From Pseudovirgaria hyperparasitica (lineage: Eukaryota), in assembly GCA_010093815.1 (NCBI GenBank), contig ML996578.1: a stretch of 64,000 nt of DNA. One strand, 5' to 3'. Shown piece by piece: positions 38,623-52,600 of this stretch. The notes beneath the pieces are model-generated. The model was not told where the DNA came from. It saw only the letters and a program-made list of their open reading frames with translations, and did no database searches. The number at the start of each line of letters is the position of its first letter. The stretch's first letter is position 1. Position numbers and translations under genes: made by a program.

Positions 38623-40037
38623 ATGGCGAGCTCCTCACGGCACGAGGCTGCCGACCTTGACCTCGACGCCGGCTACGGCTCGCAATGGGCAAAGTCCATG
38701 ACGGAGCAGTTCAGACAGCTGCTGAGCACGCGGAGGATGAACGACCTGACGACTCGCTCGACGGCCCAAATATCACGCTCTGGTTCTCCAGGACCGACTG
38801 ATTATCGGAGATCACTGCACAGCGGCTCCGCGCAACAACAGCAACAACAACAACAACCTCCGTCTTACTCTTCACTTCGAAACATACCTCTCGTACCAAC
38901 ACCGCCTTCAGATCCGAAATCGCTGCGCTTTCGCAATAAACTACTATCCCTATCCGACGTACCACGGCGCTGGGAGAACCCTGGTCTGCTCGACGAAGCA
39001 TTGCGCGCAGTGCCGCTGGAACAAATATACAATGAAGCAGAGGAGGAAAGCCAGATTCTACGAGCAGAGGCCGAGAGCTTAGGTGGCGGCAAGAAGGCCA
39101 TGTGGGGTTATCAAGACTGTGTTGTTCGAGCGCTGCTCCGGTGGTTCAAGCGATCGTTCTTTACCTACGTCAACAACCCGCCTTGCTCGAAGTGCATGTC
39201 TCCATCAATCGCCATTGGCATGGCTGCGCCCATTCCCGACGAACAGGCCCGCGGCGCCAACCAGGTCGAGCTCTATCAATGCATCAACGAGGTCTGCAAG
39301 CACTACGAACGCTTCCCGCGATACAACGATGCATTCGTCCTTTTGCAAGAACGACGAGGCCGCGTAGGCGAGTGGACCAACTGCTTCTCGATGCTCTGCC
39401 GGGCTGTCGGCTCCAAAGTTCGTTGGGTGTGGAACAGTGAAGACCACGTCTGGACCGAAGTCTACTCCGTGCACCGTAAGCGATGGATACACGTTGATGT
39501 TTGTGAGGAGGTTTGGGACAAGCCGTTGCTCTACACTCTAGGTATGTATTATGACTTGGTCCGCATCGTCTGTCGCCGCCACTGACTTGCATATCAGGCT
39601 GGGGTAGAAAACTAGCCTACTGTATAGCGTTCTCGGCGGAAGGTGCCATGGACGTCACTAGGCGCTATGTCCGGAATCCACAGACTCACGCCGCAGACCG
39701 CAACGCGGCCCCCGAGTCCGTCGTACTGCACATCATGGACGAGATCCGAGCGATCCGTCGCGGGAAGATGACCAAGCAAGACAAGTTCCGTCTCGAAGGC
39801 GAAGACATGAGGGAGAACCGCGAGCTGCGCCACTATGTTATCCACGCCATCGCCTCGGAGATTATCAAGCTGAAACCAGCCGACATTGTCTCAGGCCGGA
39901 TACCCCAAGTTACCAGGAGCGATGCCGACGCTCAGAAGGCAGCCGAGAGCAGACAGAAACAGGAATGGGTCCGCTCTCGAGCGCAAGGCCGAGGCAACCC
40001 TAACCAGCACCACCAACACGACCAAGGACACCGGTGA
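38623..40037 (+). CDS. PNG1: Peptide:N-glycanase ortholog PNG1 (probably catalytically inactive), 2 exons
   Basis: [62 protein letters not shown]. Intron 39542..39597. Confidence 0.9.
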
Positions 40038-41452
40038 TGTTCGGGCTTGGTATCAGAAACATACTTTACACCGCATCTTGCAAGCGTAGACTTGCTCGAT
40101 TAAAGAGACATGCTGAAGGCACGGCTACGCCCGTGAGTAAGAGTCGCAGCACTCACCATGAGGTCGCTATTGAGACGTCTCTGACCACCCCACCCAGAGG
40201 CCTGGACGATGAGATTGGGCCCGGACAGGGCGGCTCCGTCTCATGATACTTTGTATTTGTACGCTCCGCACTCAGGCGAGCCTCGAGACCGTCTCAGACC
40301 GCACATGCATCATCAGCTCGGCGTCCGGCATTGTCTACATGATCGTACACCCTCCTCGATTACTCATTCCGAATGACGTTGGGGCCTCGAACTAATTTCT
40401 TATGTTGCTCATCCTTACTCTTTATACCATGACATGCAGCGAGCCAGTCTTCAGACTCACTACTGTGTTCTGATTGCTCATCATCATCGTCATCATCATC
40501 ATCGTATCCTATCGCTCCCCTCTTCCATTTGTTGTCGACACATGGGCGCTCTGGCTTCGAGTCGCCCGATCTCATACATCAAACCATCATCATATCATCA
40601 TTGTCATGATCGCTACCATCATCATCGCCAGTCTCTCGCAACATTGGCGCGAGGTGTCTTTTTGGGGGGGTTTTGGCGCAAGGAGGGACGAATGGAACCT
40701 GCATGGTTTGCTTCTTTGTTTTGTCTGGTTCGACGCCACGTTTCTATTCTATTCGATTCGATTCTATCACATCTTTATGGATCTTTGCCAATCCATTTTC
40801 TTGTTTTTTTGTTAAGGTTAGGGATAGGGATAGGGATAGGGTTGAGGAATATTCCGATAATGGGCCCTCATACCATGATTTATTGATGGATGGATGGATG
40901 GATGGATGGATGGATGGATGACAGGTTCTGAAAGGGAAAAGAAAAGTTTGTCTAGATAATCTGGTCGGGCAGGCATATGATTGTGTGGTGGATAGAAAGA
41001 ATGGTGATTGGGGAGATGGATGTGTGTGTGTGTGTGTGTGAATAGATGAGATGTACAGTCACTCGAGTTTTTGTCAGGCTGAGATGATGAGAGAGAGAGA
41101 GAGGGACTGGACTGTAGGGTGGATGGATGGCATTGAATTGCATGAATGGAAGGATGCGAATACGAACTATCAAAGCATGAATGAATGTCTTTTGTGAATT
41201 GTATCTATTGTCTGCGTGCCTCAGGCCTTGTGCCTTGTGTGTATGTATGTGTGTGTGTGTGTGTGTGTGACTAAGCGAGCGGAAAAGGACTAGTAGGTAG
41301 AGTTGGCAACTTGGGCTCAGGGGAGACTAGAGGAGGCTAAAAATAGAATGGAGCAGTCGGGAGAAAGAGCACATACACACAGACCAGGTAGAATGTAGAA
41401 TGTAACTGCCGAGGGTGGTGCCCTGTGGCTGTGGCTGTGGCTGTGGCTTTGA

Positions 41453-41943
41453 GTAGTGAGTTAGTGGGTAGTGAGTTAGTGGGTAGTGAGTTAGTGGGTA
41501 GTGGACAGTGGTAGTGGCGCAGCAGTAGGGCGAATTAGACTAGGCAAGGTAGTTTGTGACTTTGTGTAGAACGTGGGGCGTAGGACGTAGGACGTAGAAC
41601 GTAGGACGTAGGACGTAGAATAGGACGTAGAACGTAGAACGTAGCGTAGGGCAGGGCATAGTAAGGCAGGAACAGTGTATAGTACAGCGTGGTATAGGAG
41701 TATAGTATAATAGTATGATATATGTCTTTCTCTTAGGAGTGTTTTTTTGAGATAGCTTTCTAGACGGGTTTTTTAGATGGGCTTTTATTATGTCCTATGT
41801 GTGCTGTTGTTCTACTGTTCTATGTGTACTGTTGTTCTACGCGTGCTGTTCTATGTGTGCTGTTCTATGTGTGCTGTTCTATGTGTGCGGTTCTATGTGT
41901 GCTGTTCTATGTGTGCTGTTCTATGTGTACTGTTCTATGTGTG
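41453..41943. repeat. Cluster of short minisatellites: 15-bp GTAGTGAGTTAGTGG x3, 7-bp GTAG(G/A)AC array, 14-bp TGTGTGCTGTTCTA array
   Basis: Tandem units are directly visible at ~41453-41500, ~41570-41645 and ~41797-41943. Confidence 0.85.
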
Positions 41944-43114
41944 TTGCTCCCCGTGACCTCGAGTAATTGAATGCTTATAAATAGAAACGTCGGGCCGGGT
42001 GATGGTTTGGGGTTGGGGCAGAATGGGGACGCGCGACGCCACGGTATGGTATGGTATGGTCTGGCATGGCGATACGCGCATATGGCAAGGTAAGGTAGGA
42101 CAAGGCACGGCGAGGTAAGGGGAGGTAGGTCGAGGCAAGGCAAGACTTGTTTGCTTGCTTACTCGTGGTGCTTGTGCGTGGATGTCTATGGTCGTGACGA
42201 AGTGCGTGCTTAATTGAACTATATTCCTGTTGACAGTCTAGTATTATAGGACGGATGAATAATACAGCAGACGGCATCCAGCAGACGGCAGAACGGAAGA
42301 TGGCGTACGGACATGGGCACGGAAACGGCAAAGTAGATTCAGGTAGTAGATTATAAGTAGATTCAAGTAAAATACGGCCCCCAAGGTGTGTGTCTGTCTG
42401 TGGAGGGCATAGACAGATAGCCAGCCTTGGGGGTTTGATACGTCTTTTTGGGGGTTTTGGGGAGGAGATGTGGAACTGTAGATCGACTTGTGATGGTGAT
42501 GAGATGGTTATGGATTAGATATGTATGTGTATATGTCCATGGACTGAGTGAATATTGATGTTGATGGTTATGATGATGACTCTCGAGAGTGTCTACAGTA
42601 GTAAGGCAGTGAGCGATGGATTGACTTGACTTGCTACCACCACACAGCCCAGCCCAGCCATACCAGTCCAGGCGGATTTGGGGGCGTTTGTTAGGGGCGC
42701 AGTCAGCACCCTTGGCCATGCTAATCTGCGGGTCTGCGGGCTGAGAAACTGCCCAATGCTTTTTGAGCTGCGCGTGTTTCTTGTGGGGGCCTCGCGTACA
42801 TACTTTACATAAAGCAATGTCATGGACTGACTGACTGTCTGTCTGTCCTCGTTCCTCTGCCTTGCGTTGACTTGCCTTTCCATCCATTCATCCAAAGAGG
42901 GTTCTTCTTTCTGAGCGACTCACTCGTTATTGTTGTTTTGGCATCGTCGTCGTCGATTGATCACACTCTCGCTTCCTGGTCGATTGATTGAGTCTTCAGC
43001 CGTTTCGGAATTGGATAGCCTTGCGGGCTGTGGTGTGACTTTGGCCTCACTTTTGGCATAGCTACGATCCGGACTTTGGTTTTATCGAACAGACAGTCAA
43101 GACGATCGGTCAGA

Positions 43115-44195
43115 ATGGGGAAAGCAGGCCGTTTCGCGTGCATTTTTGTGCCCATGGGCCTCACCATAGCTTCGTTGCTGTGTCTGTTGCTCGTCTTTCT
43201 GGGTGGACTGGTGCGTCAATTCCCCCCCTCTCACAACTAAATATGCGTTTCGCGAGAGACGACGACTAACAAAGGCGACACGCAGAGCAAGTCCAACGCC
43301 CTAGGAAGCCTGTATTTCATGCAGCTAGACGCCTCAAACTTCACCGCGAACCCCGATCTCAGCGCCGTCGACTTCACCGACATCGACGACCAGTTCCTCG
43401 ACATGTTCAAGAGCTCGTTTGCAAAGGGCGACCTGAAGGACTTTTACAACATCTACATCTGGAACTACTGCGATGGCACGGCAGACGACAAATCGGGCGA
43501 TAAGACGATCGACCACTGCTCGTCCCGCCAGGCGGCGTACTGGTTCAACGTCAAGGAGGTGTGGGGCATGGACGGCGCCGCGCTGGCCGACCACTTCCCG
43601 AAGGCGCTCGACGACGGCCTGAAGGTGTACGAGAAGGTCGCAAAGTTCATGTTTGCCTGCTATACTGTGGCCTTTTGGGTGACTGTCGCGGAGATTGTGG
43701 TGGGTATTCTGGCCATCTTCTCGCGGTGGGGCAGCCTGTGCACGACCATTGTGTCAACCGTACGTTATTCACCCATACCCTTCTGAATCAAGGCCATACA
43801 GCTAACCGCCAAACCAGGCCGCCGGCATCTTCGTCACCGCCGCCGCAATAACCTCGACCGCGCTCTTCGCCACCTTCACCGGCATCGTCAACACCTCCCT
43901 CAAGCCCTACCACATCCACGCCTCCATGTCGACCAAGATGCTCGCCATCGTCTGGCTGGCCGTCGCCTTCAACGTCGGCGCCGGCTTCTTCTGGCTCATC
44001 TCGACGTGCTGCTGCTCCGGCAAGAGCGACCCCAAGCACAAGAAGACGACGTTTGCCCAGCGCACGCCGTACACGTATGAGCCGCTGCACGACCACCACC
44101 ATGCCGGTGGTGCTGTTCCGCTGGGGCAGATGGGTCCTGGTGGGGCCTACAAGGGCGGAAATAATGCGTATGAGCCGTTTAGGTCGCATGCTTGA
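43115..44195 (+). CDS. SUR7/PalI-family (Pun1-like) tetraspan membrane protein, 3 exons
   Basis: MGKAGRFACIFVPMGLTIASLLCLLLVFLGG; DFYNIYIWNYCDG..DHCS claudin-like motif; three further TM segments; ISTCCCSG. Introns 43211..43285 and 43760..43817. Confidence 0.87.
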
Positions 44196-45200
44196 GCGGC
44201 TTGGTGGTGGTAGTGGTGGTGGTGATGGGGACGGTAGCGATTTGAGGGGGTGTGGGCATGTTTTTACATTCGTAAAATCTCACGAGTGAACGATCTTTTC
44301 TTTTTTGATAATGCGCTCGGATACCACGACGGTTTTGGGGTTCATTGGGCTGGTGACGTGGAGACAAAATGTGGGGAGGAGATGATGGTTTTTTATATAT
44401 TCGTTGTCTATATTGTACGAATATCAACGTTGGTCCGGATCTGAACTGAAGAAATGGGCATTATTAGGGATCATGGGTTTGTTTTTGTTTGTGAATTGCT
44501 TGATTGCATGCAGCGTGATGCTACTACCTACGTAAGTCGACCGGGATGACCCTTGACGGACAAAAATAGTAGCGCCCTAAGATCGCTAGGAGGAGTGGAG
44601 AATCGCTCAATTGCGGCCATATAGCACTCGCTATATAGGTATCTCCAGACAGAGGAGTTGACAAAACAGTGTATGGCTAACTTCCAGAAGCTGTGAGCAT
44701 ATGATAAACGACTCTATAGAGAGATGGACGCGGTAATAACGTCTTGGCCCCTCTCTATCGGTGAGGAGTGAAGAGTCTGCCTTGCCCTGGGCCGGACAAG
44801 TTTGGCGCTTCCTTCGTATCGAGAGAGGCTGAGCGTTGTGTGTGTTGTTCGTCTAAGAGGCCTGCATTGGAACACCGAGCAGCAGCATCAGCAGCAGCAT
44901 TTACGTCAATCCGGTTGATCAGAACAAACATCTTCCCCCCCCCCCCCCCCCCGCGCTTCCCTGCCGCCTGTGGCTTGCCCGAAAGCCTAATCACTTGACA
45001 CGCCTCCTACATAACTTTCAGCTGCCCGAGCAAGTCTTCCTTTCTTGGTCGTCCGTCCCCCAGGAGCGTTGTCCGTCACCCACCCCCCATAGACCTGAAA
45101 GCAAGTTTCGCATAGAGTTTGTTCGGGGCACGATGTCCTACTAGCCGGCGCTGGCTTTGCGAGTGTGTGTGTGAGTGTGTGTGTGTACAAGTCGTCGAAG

Positions 45201-47783
45201 ATGGAAAACTGGAGTGCCTGGAGCGCACCGCTCCAGGAAATAAGTTCCGAGAAAATCGCCGTGACTGGGTCTGCCCCTCCTCCTCCTCCACCTCAATCTC
45301 AAGCTCAACCTCAGACTGGCGGCGGCGTACAGTCGTCGCAGGACTACAAGCGACCGACAAGCAATGGCACGTCTCCTGTGCCGGTCGTGAACGAGCCGAA
45401 GCAACAGAGCTCGGATCAGAAGCATTGGAGTCAATGGAGTCAGCAACCGGCTGTGGCGATTCAGCCAAATCAGCCAGAGAAGGAGTTTGTTGCTCAACCT
45501 CAACCTCAGAGTCAGCACCACCGCGCGTCGATACAGAGTGCCAACTCGGGACACAGCTCTCTCTATACACCTCCGCTGGCACCGCATGGACATAGACCAC
45601 CGTCTGTTCACAGCATACTGGCCCAGGCTCCAAGTCATGGAGGATACACGCCCCATATCCCGGCGTCAGTCGCGCAGCCTGTCGGGACAAGTCCGACGGC
45701 ATTACTCCCCAACCAGTCCCAGTTAGCGACGAATCTGCGTCTTGGGCATACCTTTGGAGCACTAAAGTCCGAGATATACTTTAGGTCTGGCATCTTCGAC
45801 ATCAACGATAGCTGGCTGCCGGCCTCAGGACCACTGTTCACCGAAGACGTGCACAAAGCGACGAACCGCATCCGCGAGAAACGATGGGCCATCTTCGTGT
45901 GCAGGGCCGTCGATCGGTTCACGGCGTGGTGGGAGGCCATGAAGCAGTCAATCTACGACCAGCCCGTGACGTGTGGCGATCTGAACACCAAGGACATCAA
46001 TCTCCTGCAGCGTGGCTTGTCGAGAACCACCATTCTCACCAAGGAACGTCTTCCACCGCTCGACGTGCTCATGGTCTGGCACACCTTCATGTTGAGTCCG
46101 CAGCGATACCTCGAGGACTGTCTGCTGCAGGGCATGATGGGTCTTTGGCACGGCGGATTCCCGTGGATGGCAATCGACCAGGCCATCGACACTCGGACTG
46201 GCATCTACGATCCGGGTCCAACAGCAGCAGCAAGCTTCTTGAGCATGACTGGACGCGCGTGGGTCAACACGCACGAGACGGGCATCAAGCCGCTTGGCTG
46301 CCCGTCCTGTGCATACAACGGCTGGCCTCCAAACTATCACGTTCGGCAGATACACGCCTCGAATTTTGGCAGTTTGCTGGCGACAGAACAACAGCAGCTG
46401 CAGATGAAGGTCAACTACAGGCACCCCATCATCACCGATATTGATGCAATCTGCTGGAAGGCGGCCGGCTGGGCGGATGCCGGGTACTTGGTGATTTGTT
46501 CGAATTGCAAGAATCACAACACTCAGGATACGTTGCGGGCGCAGAAACTGGTCTACGACATCGTTCAGTTCCACAGGCCCAACAACATGACGGACAAGTT
46601 TATGGTCGGAAACGTGCATCATCTCCGACCTCCGCCCGGGGTACTGTTCGGCAAGCAAGGGACTCCTCGGACCGCCGGGATGATTAATGGGATTGCTGAT
46701 GGGGAGGGCTTCTTCCCTATTCGACTGATGGATGCCATTGCAAATATCGATGGCAGTGGTGCTCGTCGGACGGGCAAGCCAAACTTCAGATTCACCATGG
46801 AGGCTTTGTTGCAGGATGTGCAGACGTCGCTCTCGAAGTCGCCAAAACATCTGAATTACGCCCAGATGGGCGGCCACAACATCTCCGTCAACTACAAGGG
46901 AGGCCAGTGGAACTCGGGCATGGACGAGAAGGAAGGGTTGGCAGTGCGCAAGACACTCCGCTACTACCTGGACAACTCGTCACCATTCACACTCGATCTC
47001 GTCACGGCGACGATCCGCAACGGCGTCTTCTCGCAGAAGATGGAGAACCTAGGCTGGTGGCGCTCGACTCAACTACCTCTCTTCGCCCCACGCCTGATCG
47101 AGAAGTACCGTCGCTTCTTCACCCTCCACTCCAAGGCCTCCCTTCTCTCCAGCTCATCCCTCCTCGCCGTCCCGACCACAGACGTCGACCTGGCCTGGCA
47201 CACACACCTCCTCAGCCCAGCCCAGTACTACAACTTCTCCCTGCAGACCGTCGGCCGCCTCATCGACCACTGCGACAAGATCCCCGAAGCATACCTCTCC
47301 CAAGCCTTTGCCCAGACATGCAAGAAATACGAAGCCGCCTTTGCAGAGCCCTACTCCGAGTGCATCTGCTGGTACTGCGAAGCCATCCGCACAGCCAACA
47401 ACGCAGGCGGCTTCGTCGGCAACCTGTTCAAGAGCAGCAGCAAGGACAAGAAGCCCATCTGGGCCCACCCTTTGCTCGCAAACGCAACCTCCGACCCGGG
47501 CGTCAGCACGCACATCTCGTCGCACAACGCCGTACGGGTGGAGAAGCCGGATCTCCGCTATGCGGAGCTGCATGCCGAGCATCAGAAATGGCTCGAGGAT
47601 GGGTGGCGGAAGGCCGTTGAGCGGGCGGGCAAGGAGGGCCGTAGTCGGCCGGTGGCGGCGAAGACGAATTGGGCGCCGTATGTGGTGAATGCGGATTTGC
47701 AGGGCCCGGTTACGGCGGCGTCGACGGCGACGGTGAATTCGTGGGTTGAGGGCGTGTTGCGCGATATGTATGGCTGGACGTGA
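45201..47783 (+). CDS. DUF1399 / glycine-rich domain-containing (GRDP-like) protein
   Basis: RAVDRFTAWW, LPPLDVLMVWHTFMLSP..YLEDC, VPTTDVDLAWHTHLLSP, IDHCD, YSECICWYCE, THISSHNAV. Confidence 0.82.
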   Translation: MENWSAWSAPLQEISSEKIAVTGSAPPPPPPQSQAQPQTGGGVQSSQDYKRPTSNGTSPVPVVNEPKQQSSDQKHWSQWSQQPAVAIQPNQPEKEFVAQPQPQSQHHRASIQSANSGHSSLYTPPLAPHGHRPPSVHSILAQAPSHGGYTPHIPASVAQPVGTSPTALLPNQSQLATNLRLGHTFGALKSEIYFRSGIFDINDSWLPASGPLFTEDVHKATNRIREKRWAIFVCRAVDRFTAWWEAMKQSIYDQPVTCGDLNTKDINLLQRGLSRTTILTKERLPPLDVLMVWHTFMLSPQRYLEDCLLQGMMGLWHGGFPWMAIDQAIDTRTGIYDPGPTAAASFLSMTGRAWVNTHETGIKPLGCPSCAYNGWPPNYHVRQIHASNFGSLLATEQQQLQMKVNYRHPIITDIDAICWKAAGWADAGYLVICSNCKNHNTQDTLRAQKLVYDIVQFHRPNNMTDKFMVGNVHHLRPPPGVLFGKQGTPRTAGMINGIADGEGFFPIRLMDAIANIDGSGARRTGKPNFRFTMEALLQDVQTSLSKSPKHLNYAQMGGHNISVNYKGGQWNSGMDEKEGLAVRKTLRYYLDNSSPFTLDLVTATIRNGVFSQKMENLGWWRSTQLPLFAPRLIEKYRRFFTLHSKASLLSSSSLLAVPTTDVDLAWHTHLLSPAQYYNFSLQTVGRLIDHCDKIPEAYLSQAFAQTCKKYEAAFAEPYSECICWYCEAIRTANNAGGFVGNLFKSSSKDKKPIWAHPLLANATSDPGVSTHISSHNAVRVEKPDLRYAELHAEHQKWLEDGWRKAVERAGKEGRSRPVAAKTNWAPYVVNADLQGPVTAASTATVNSWVEGVLRDMYGWT

Positions 47784-49371
47784 TGCTGTTGATGGCGTTG
47801 ATGTGTGGGTGCGTGCCTGTGATGGCAGGGGAAGGGGCATGATGTCTCGACGAGCGGAGACGATGCACTATGTGCTCGAGTGGAATCTGAAAGACTGGAT
47901 GAGAGACTATGGAAGAAGGCCTTTTGGTAAGTACGTCGTTGACACCCTGGGACATCCTTTATACGGCGACTACAGACTTCAAGCACAGCGGGCCAGTCTC
48001 TACCTCTACGTATACTGTACCGCAGGACACACAACCAGACAAGGCAGAAAGCCCGTCGTCGCGTCAAGGACAGATAGGGACAGACTACCACAGCCAAGTC
48101 GATACTACTACCTCCACCACTACGACTACAACCACGAAGCGACAAGCCGGTAAACGGCCCTCCAAGAAGGAGAAAAGCCGAGGAGAATAGGAAGGAATAC
48201 ACGACACAGAAGGAAGGGGTATTTATATAACATATACTATACAGCCCATAGGTAGCAGCAGCTCACTTGAAGGCTGAGAGGAGAATGCCAAGAGCAAGCA
48301 CGTGTAGCGAGTGGATATATATATATATATATATATAGTATGCTATATGGCTACATGTCTCAAACCAGTTCAGAACAGTTGTTCTATCCATCTACATACC
48401 TACTGTATCCGTATCGTTATGTCGGGATCTGACCACATCCACACATCTATCTACAGAAGATATATATGCAGTAGCCAAACAAGGCATATGCCACGCATCC
48501 ATGCTGCACAAGCACAAGCACTAGCCCACGCATAAGCACACACACACACACACACCGACACCCTTCCACGCCGCCGCCGCCAAGAGTGCATTAGTGTCCA
48601 GTCAGCAGTATACTAGTACCAACCAACAAACCCACGAGCCCGGTTCCATTCTGTTGTTCCATGAGTGAAATGGACCGACCGTTCATTACCGGCAAACAAA
48701 CCCTCTCGTCTACAAAAGAATGGCGAGCCTCGTGAGACACACACACACAGACACCTCACCGCCTCCAACCCCCAGCTCACGCGGTCATGTGGTCCCCAAA
48801 ACCCCAAAACCGAAAAGCATGGATGAGATGTGACAATCTGTGCAGCTGACGACCGCCTCCTCCGCCCAGCCAAGGGGGTGGTTGAACGAGGGGGGAGCCT
48901 CGTTGTGATCCCGTGACAGGATTCGATAACCATATATGCAGACCAGGCCAGGCCGGTGGAATACGGTCTTCGTGCTGACGGATGCGCACCCCACATGCGT
49001 CAAAACCGCCCGGAACAGCCCCGAACTCCCCAGCCTCCCCCAGATTTTCCTAACAACGTAAACGACATAACAGCCCCCCCAGGTCGTTTCATGCAAGCGG
49101 CCCAGACCCAGCTAGCGCGCCTGCCCAGACGGGACGAGGGTCAATGCGCTATCCACGCGGTCATGTTTGGATGCCTGAGGCTGCGGATTTGTTCCATTTG
49201 TGAGGAACACTAGTGACTAGAGATTTGGGTTGGATGGGCGGGATGGATGGATGAGATTGGGTTGGGATTTTTTATAGATAAGTAGCTTTTCTTCTGACGT
49301 CCTCGTCTAGATTTCTTCTACTTTGTTGCCTTTTGTCTTCCTGCTCTTCTTCCTCCTCCTCCTTGTCTTCC

Positions 49372-49405
<34 letters not shown>

Positions 49406-49607
49406 TGCTGGTTGCCTGAGGGGGGCTTTCTGGCTTTCACTTTTGACCTGCTGGACTGCTGGACTGCTGTGCCGCTGTTGTGCTGCTGATCGCTACTTAT
49501 ACGCATACACACGTTCTGTCGTGGACTGTGGCAGCGAGAGAGATAGTGTGTGTGTGTGTGTGTTGGTGATAGACTGAGTGAGAGATATATCCTCATCCTC
49601 GCTCGCC

Positions 49608-52600
49608 ATGGCTACTCCAAGCCCTGTCACCGTCCTCGCGACCGTGACCCAGCTCGTCACTCTATCCCCCTCGCCCTCATCCACCGGCACTGGCGATAGA
49701 GCTCCGCCGCAGGGTGGTGTGCTGGAGGGCGTCAATCCGGCGCATTACGACAAGAAGAATCCCATCATCCTGTTCATCATCCAGGTAGGTTAACACTCCT
49801 CTCGCCCTTTTATGACGGCCAGAAACCGCCCCGACTAACATCATGTCTCCCAGGCCTTCATCATCCTGTGCTTCTGCCGCGTCCTGCACTGGCCGCTCTC
49901 CAAGATCCGCCAGCCGCGCGTGATTGCAGAGGTCATTGGGGGCATCCTGCTCGGGCCCTCCGTCATGGGCCGCATCCCGCACTTTACCACCACCATCTTC
50001 CCCGCTGATGCGGCGCCCAATTTGAATCTGGTGGCTAATCTCGGTCTCACGCTTTTCTTGTTTCTAGTTGGGCTGGAGGTCAATCTGCGCCATCTCAAGG
50101 ACAACTGGAAGGTTGCTCTGAGTGTGGGGTTGGCGGGCATGGCGCTCCCGTTTGGCCTGGGCTGTGCGGTCGCGTATGGCTTGTATCATGAGTTTCGGGA
50201 TGAGCCGGGCACGCATCCGGTTGCGTTTGGGACGTATGTGCTTTTTATCGGTGTTGCCATGGCTATTACTGTGAGTTGCTGATGTGTCTGGCGACTGGAG
50301 CGTCGATGTGCTGATAGACTCAGGCGTTTCCTGTCCTGTGTCGAATTCTCGTCGAGCTCAAGCTTATACACACGCCTGTCGGTATCATTGTGCTGTCGGC
50401 TGGTGTTGGGAATGACGTTGTCGGTAAGATGCCCCCCCTTTATATATACACATCCAGCACACGCTTGTTCTAACACTGTCCAGGCTGGGTGCTTCTTGCG
50501 CTCTGTGTCGCGCTGGTCAATGCTGGAAACGGGCTCACTGCTCTGTGGATTCTCCTGACGTGCGTCGGCTACGTGCTCTTCATGTGCTATGCCGTCCGCC
50601 CGGCCTTTATGCACGTCCTCCGCCGAACGGGCACGCTCGAGAACGGCCCTTCGCAGGGCATCATCGCCTTGACGCTCCTGATTGCGCTTGGCTCGGCCTT
50701 CTTCACGGGCATCATCGGTGTGCACGCCATCTTCGGTGCGTTTGTGGCCGGCATCATATGCCCGCACGAGGGCGGCTTCGCGATCAAAGTCACGGAGAAG
50801 ATTGAGGATCTGGTCTCGGCGCTGCTGCTGCCGCTGTACTTTGCGCTGTCCGGCCTGAACACGAACCTGGGACTGCTGGACAATGGCATTACGTGGGGCT
50901 ACGTCGTGGCCGTCATCCTCATTGCCTTTGTGGCCAAGTTTATCGGTGCGGCTGTTGCGGCGCGTGCGAACGGGTTGTACTGGCGCGAGAGCTTCACGAT
51001 TGGGTCTCTGATGAGTTGCAAGGGCCTGGTCGAGCTGATTGTGCTGAATATCGGACTGAACGCCAATATCCTGAGCCAACGCACGTTTACGATCTTTGTG
51101 GTTATGGCGCTTGTCACCACCTTCGCCACCACGCCCCTGACGTCCTTCCTCTACCCCCCGTCCTACCAGAAGAAGATGGAAGCCTGGCGCCGCGGCGAAA
51201 TCGACTGGGACACCGGCCTTGCCCACGCCGCCGACGACGACAGCAGCGGCAACAGCATCAACCTCGAGAAGACACAGCACAGCAACGAAAACACCAGCAA
51301 CAAAGTCCAAAAACTCCTCGTCTACCTCCGCATCGACAACATGCCCATGCTCCTCGCCTTCATCTCCCTTCTCGGCGCCGACGCCCAGCCCGCAACCCCA
51401 CGCATCCACCCATCCCGCAGAGACCCAACCGCCGACGACGACAACAACAACAACTCCCACCTCTCCAAACACCGCCCCGTCCAAGCCCACGGCCTCCGCA
51501 TGCTCGCCCTCACAGAACGCACCTCCGCCGCAATGCAAGTCTCCGAACCCCCCTCCGCCTCCACCCCCACCACCACCGACCCCATCGTCAACACCTTCCG
51601 CACCTTCGGCCAACTCAACAGCGTCGCCGTCTCCGGCGAAGTCTCCGTCCTCCCCGAATCCTCCTTCGCCGACGCCCTCGCCACAAAAGCCGCCGATCTC
51701 GAATCCGACATGGTCCTCCTCCCCTGGTCCGAAACCGGCGCCCTCGCCCAGGACCACGCCGTCATCCCCGGTGCCGCCGCCCGCGACAAGCTCGATTGTC
51801 CCGCCTACGCCGCCTTTGTCCTCGACATGCTCGCCCATGCTCCCTGCCCCGTGGCCGTATTCGTCAATCGCAACTTCGGCGGCGTGAAGACTAGGTCGAA
51901 GAAATCCCAACTCCCTACCACCGCAACCCCCGGAGCGACAGCAGCACCACCACCATCCTCCCAACTCCGCCGCATCCCCACCTCCCTCAGCATCCACAGC
52001 GCCCGCTCCTCCCCCGCCGTGGCAATCGCTGCCCCCATCCTCGATAAATCCCACCACATCTTCCTGCCCTTCTTCGGCACACCAGACGATCGCGTCGCGT
52101 GCGCGCTCGTCCTGCAGCTCGTGCGCTGTGCCGCTGTCACGGCGACGATTACGCATTTCCGCGGCGTGGTCGTCGTGCTCGATGCTCCTTCTACCACTCC
52201 TTCTTCTCCCGTACCTGCTTTGTCTCCGTCTCCGTCCGCGAAGACACCGACCGTCACCACAAGCCCCGCAGATACAAACAACAACACCAACCCAGCTACC
52301 AACCCCAACAACCCCGACGAAAAAGCAACATCCTACCTCGAATCCCTCCAGTCCGCCCTCCCCGCACACGTCCTCCCGCGCGTCCTCTTCGACACCGTCG
52401 ATCTCTCCCTGTCACTCTCCCCCACCACACACAACAAACCCAACCCCAACTCCACCACCAAACCCCAACCCAGAACTCAAACTCAGATCCTTCGCCGTGC
52501 CCTTGCCCGCGCCGCGCTTGAACTCGGTAATGCTCCGCGTAATGCTGGGGATTTACTTGTTCTGGGCCGGAATGCGGGGGTGCGGTTTGGGGTTGGTGGG

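Noticed and set aside
41453..41500. Interstitial telomere repeat
   Set aside because: The unit contains TTAGTGGG rather than tandem TTAGGG, and there are only three copies.
50186..52369. 727-aa minus-strand ORF
   Set aside because: It is an antisense shadow of the codon-biased KHA1 gene.
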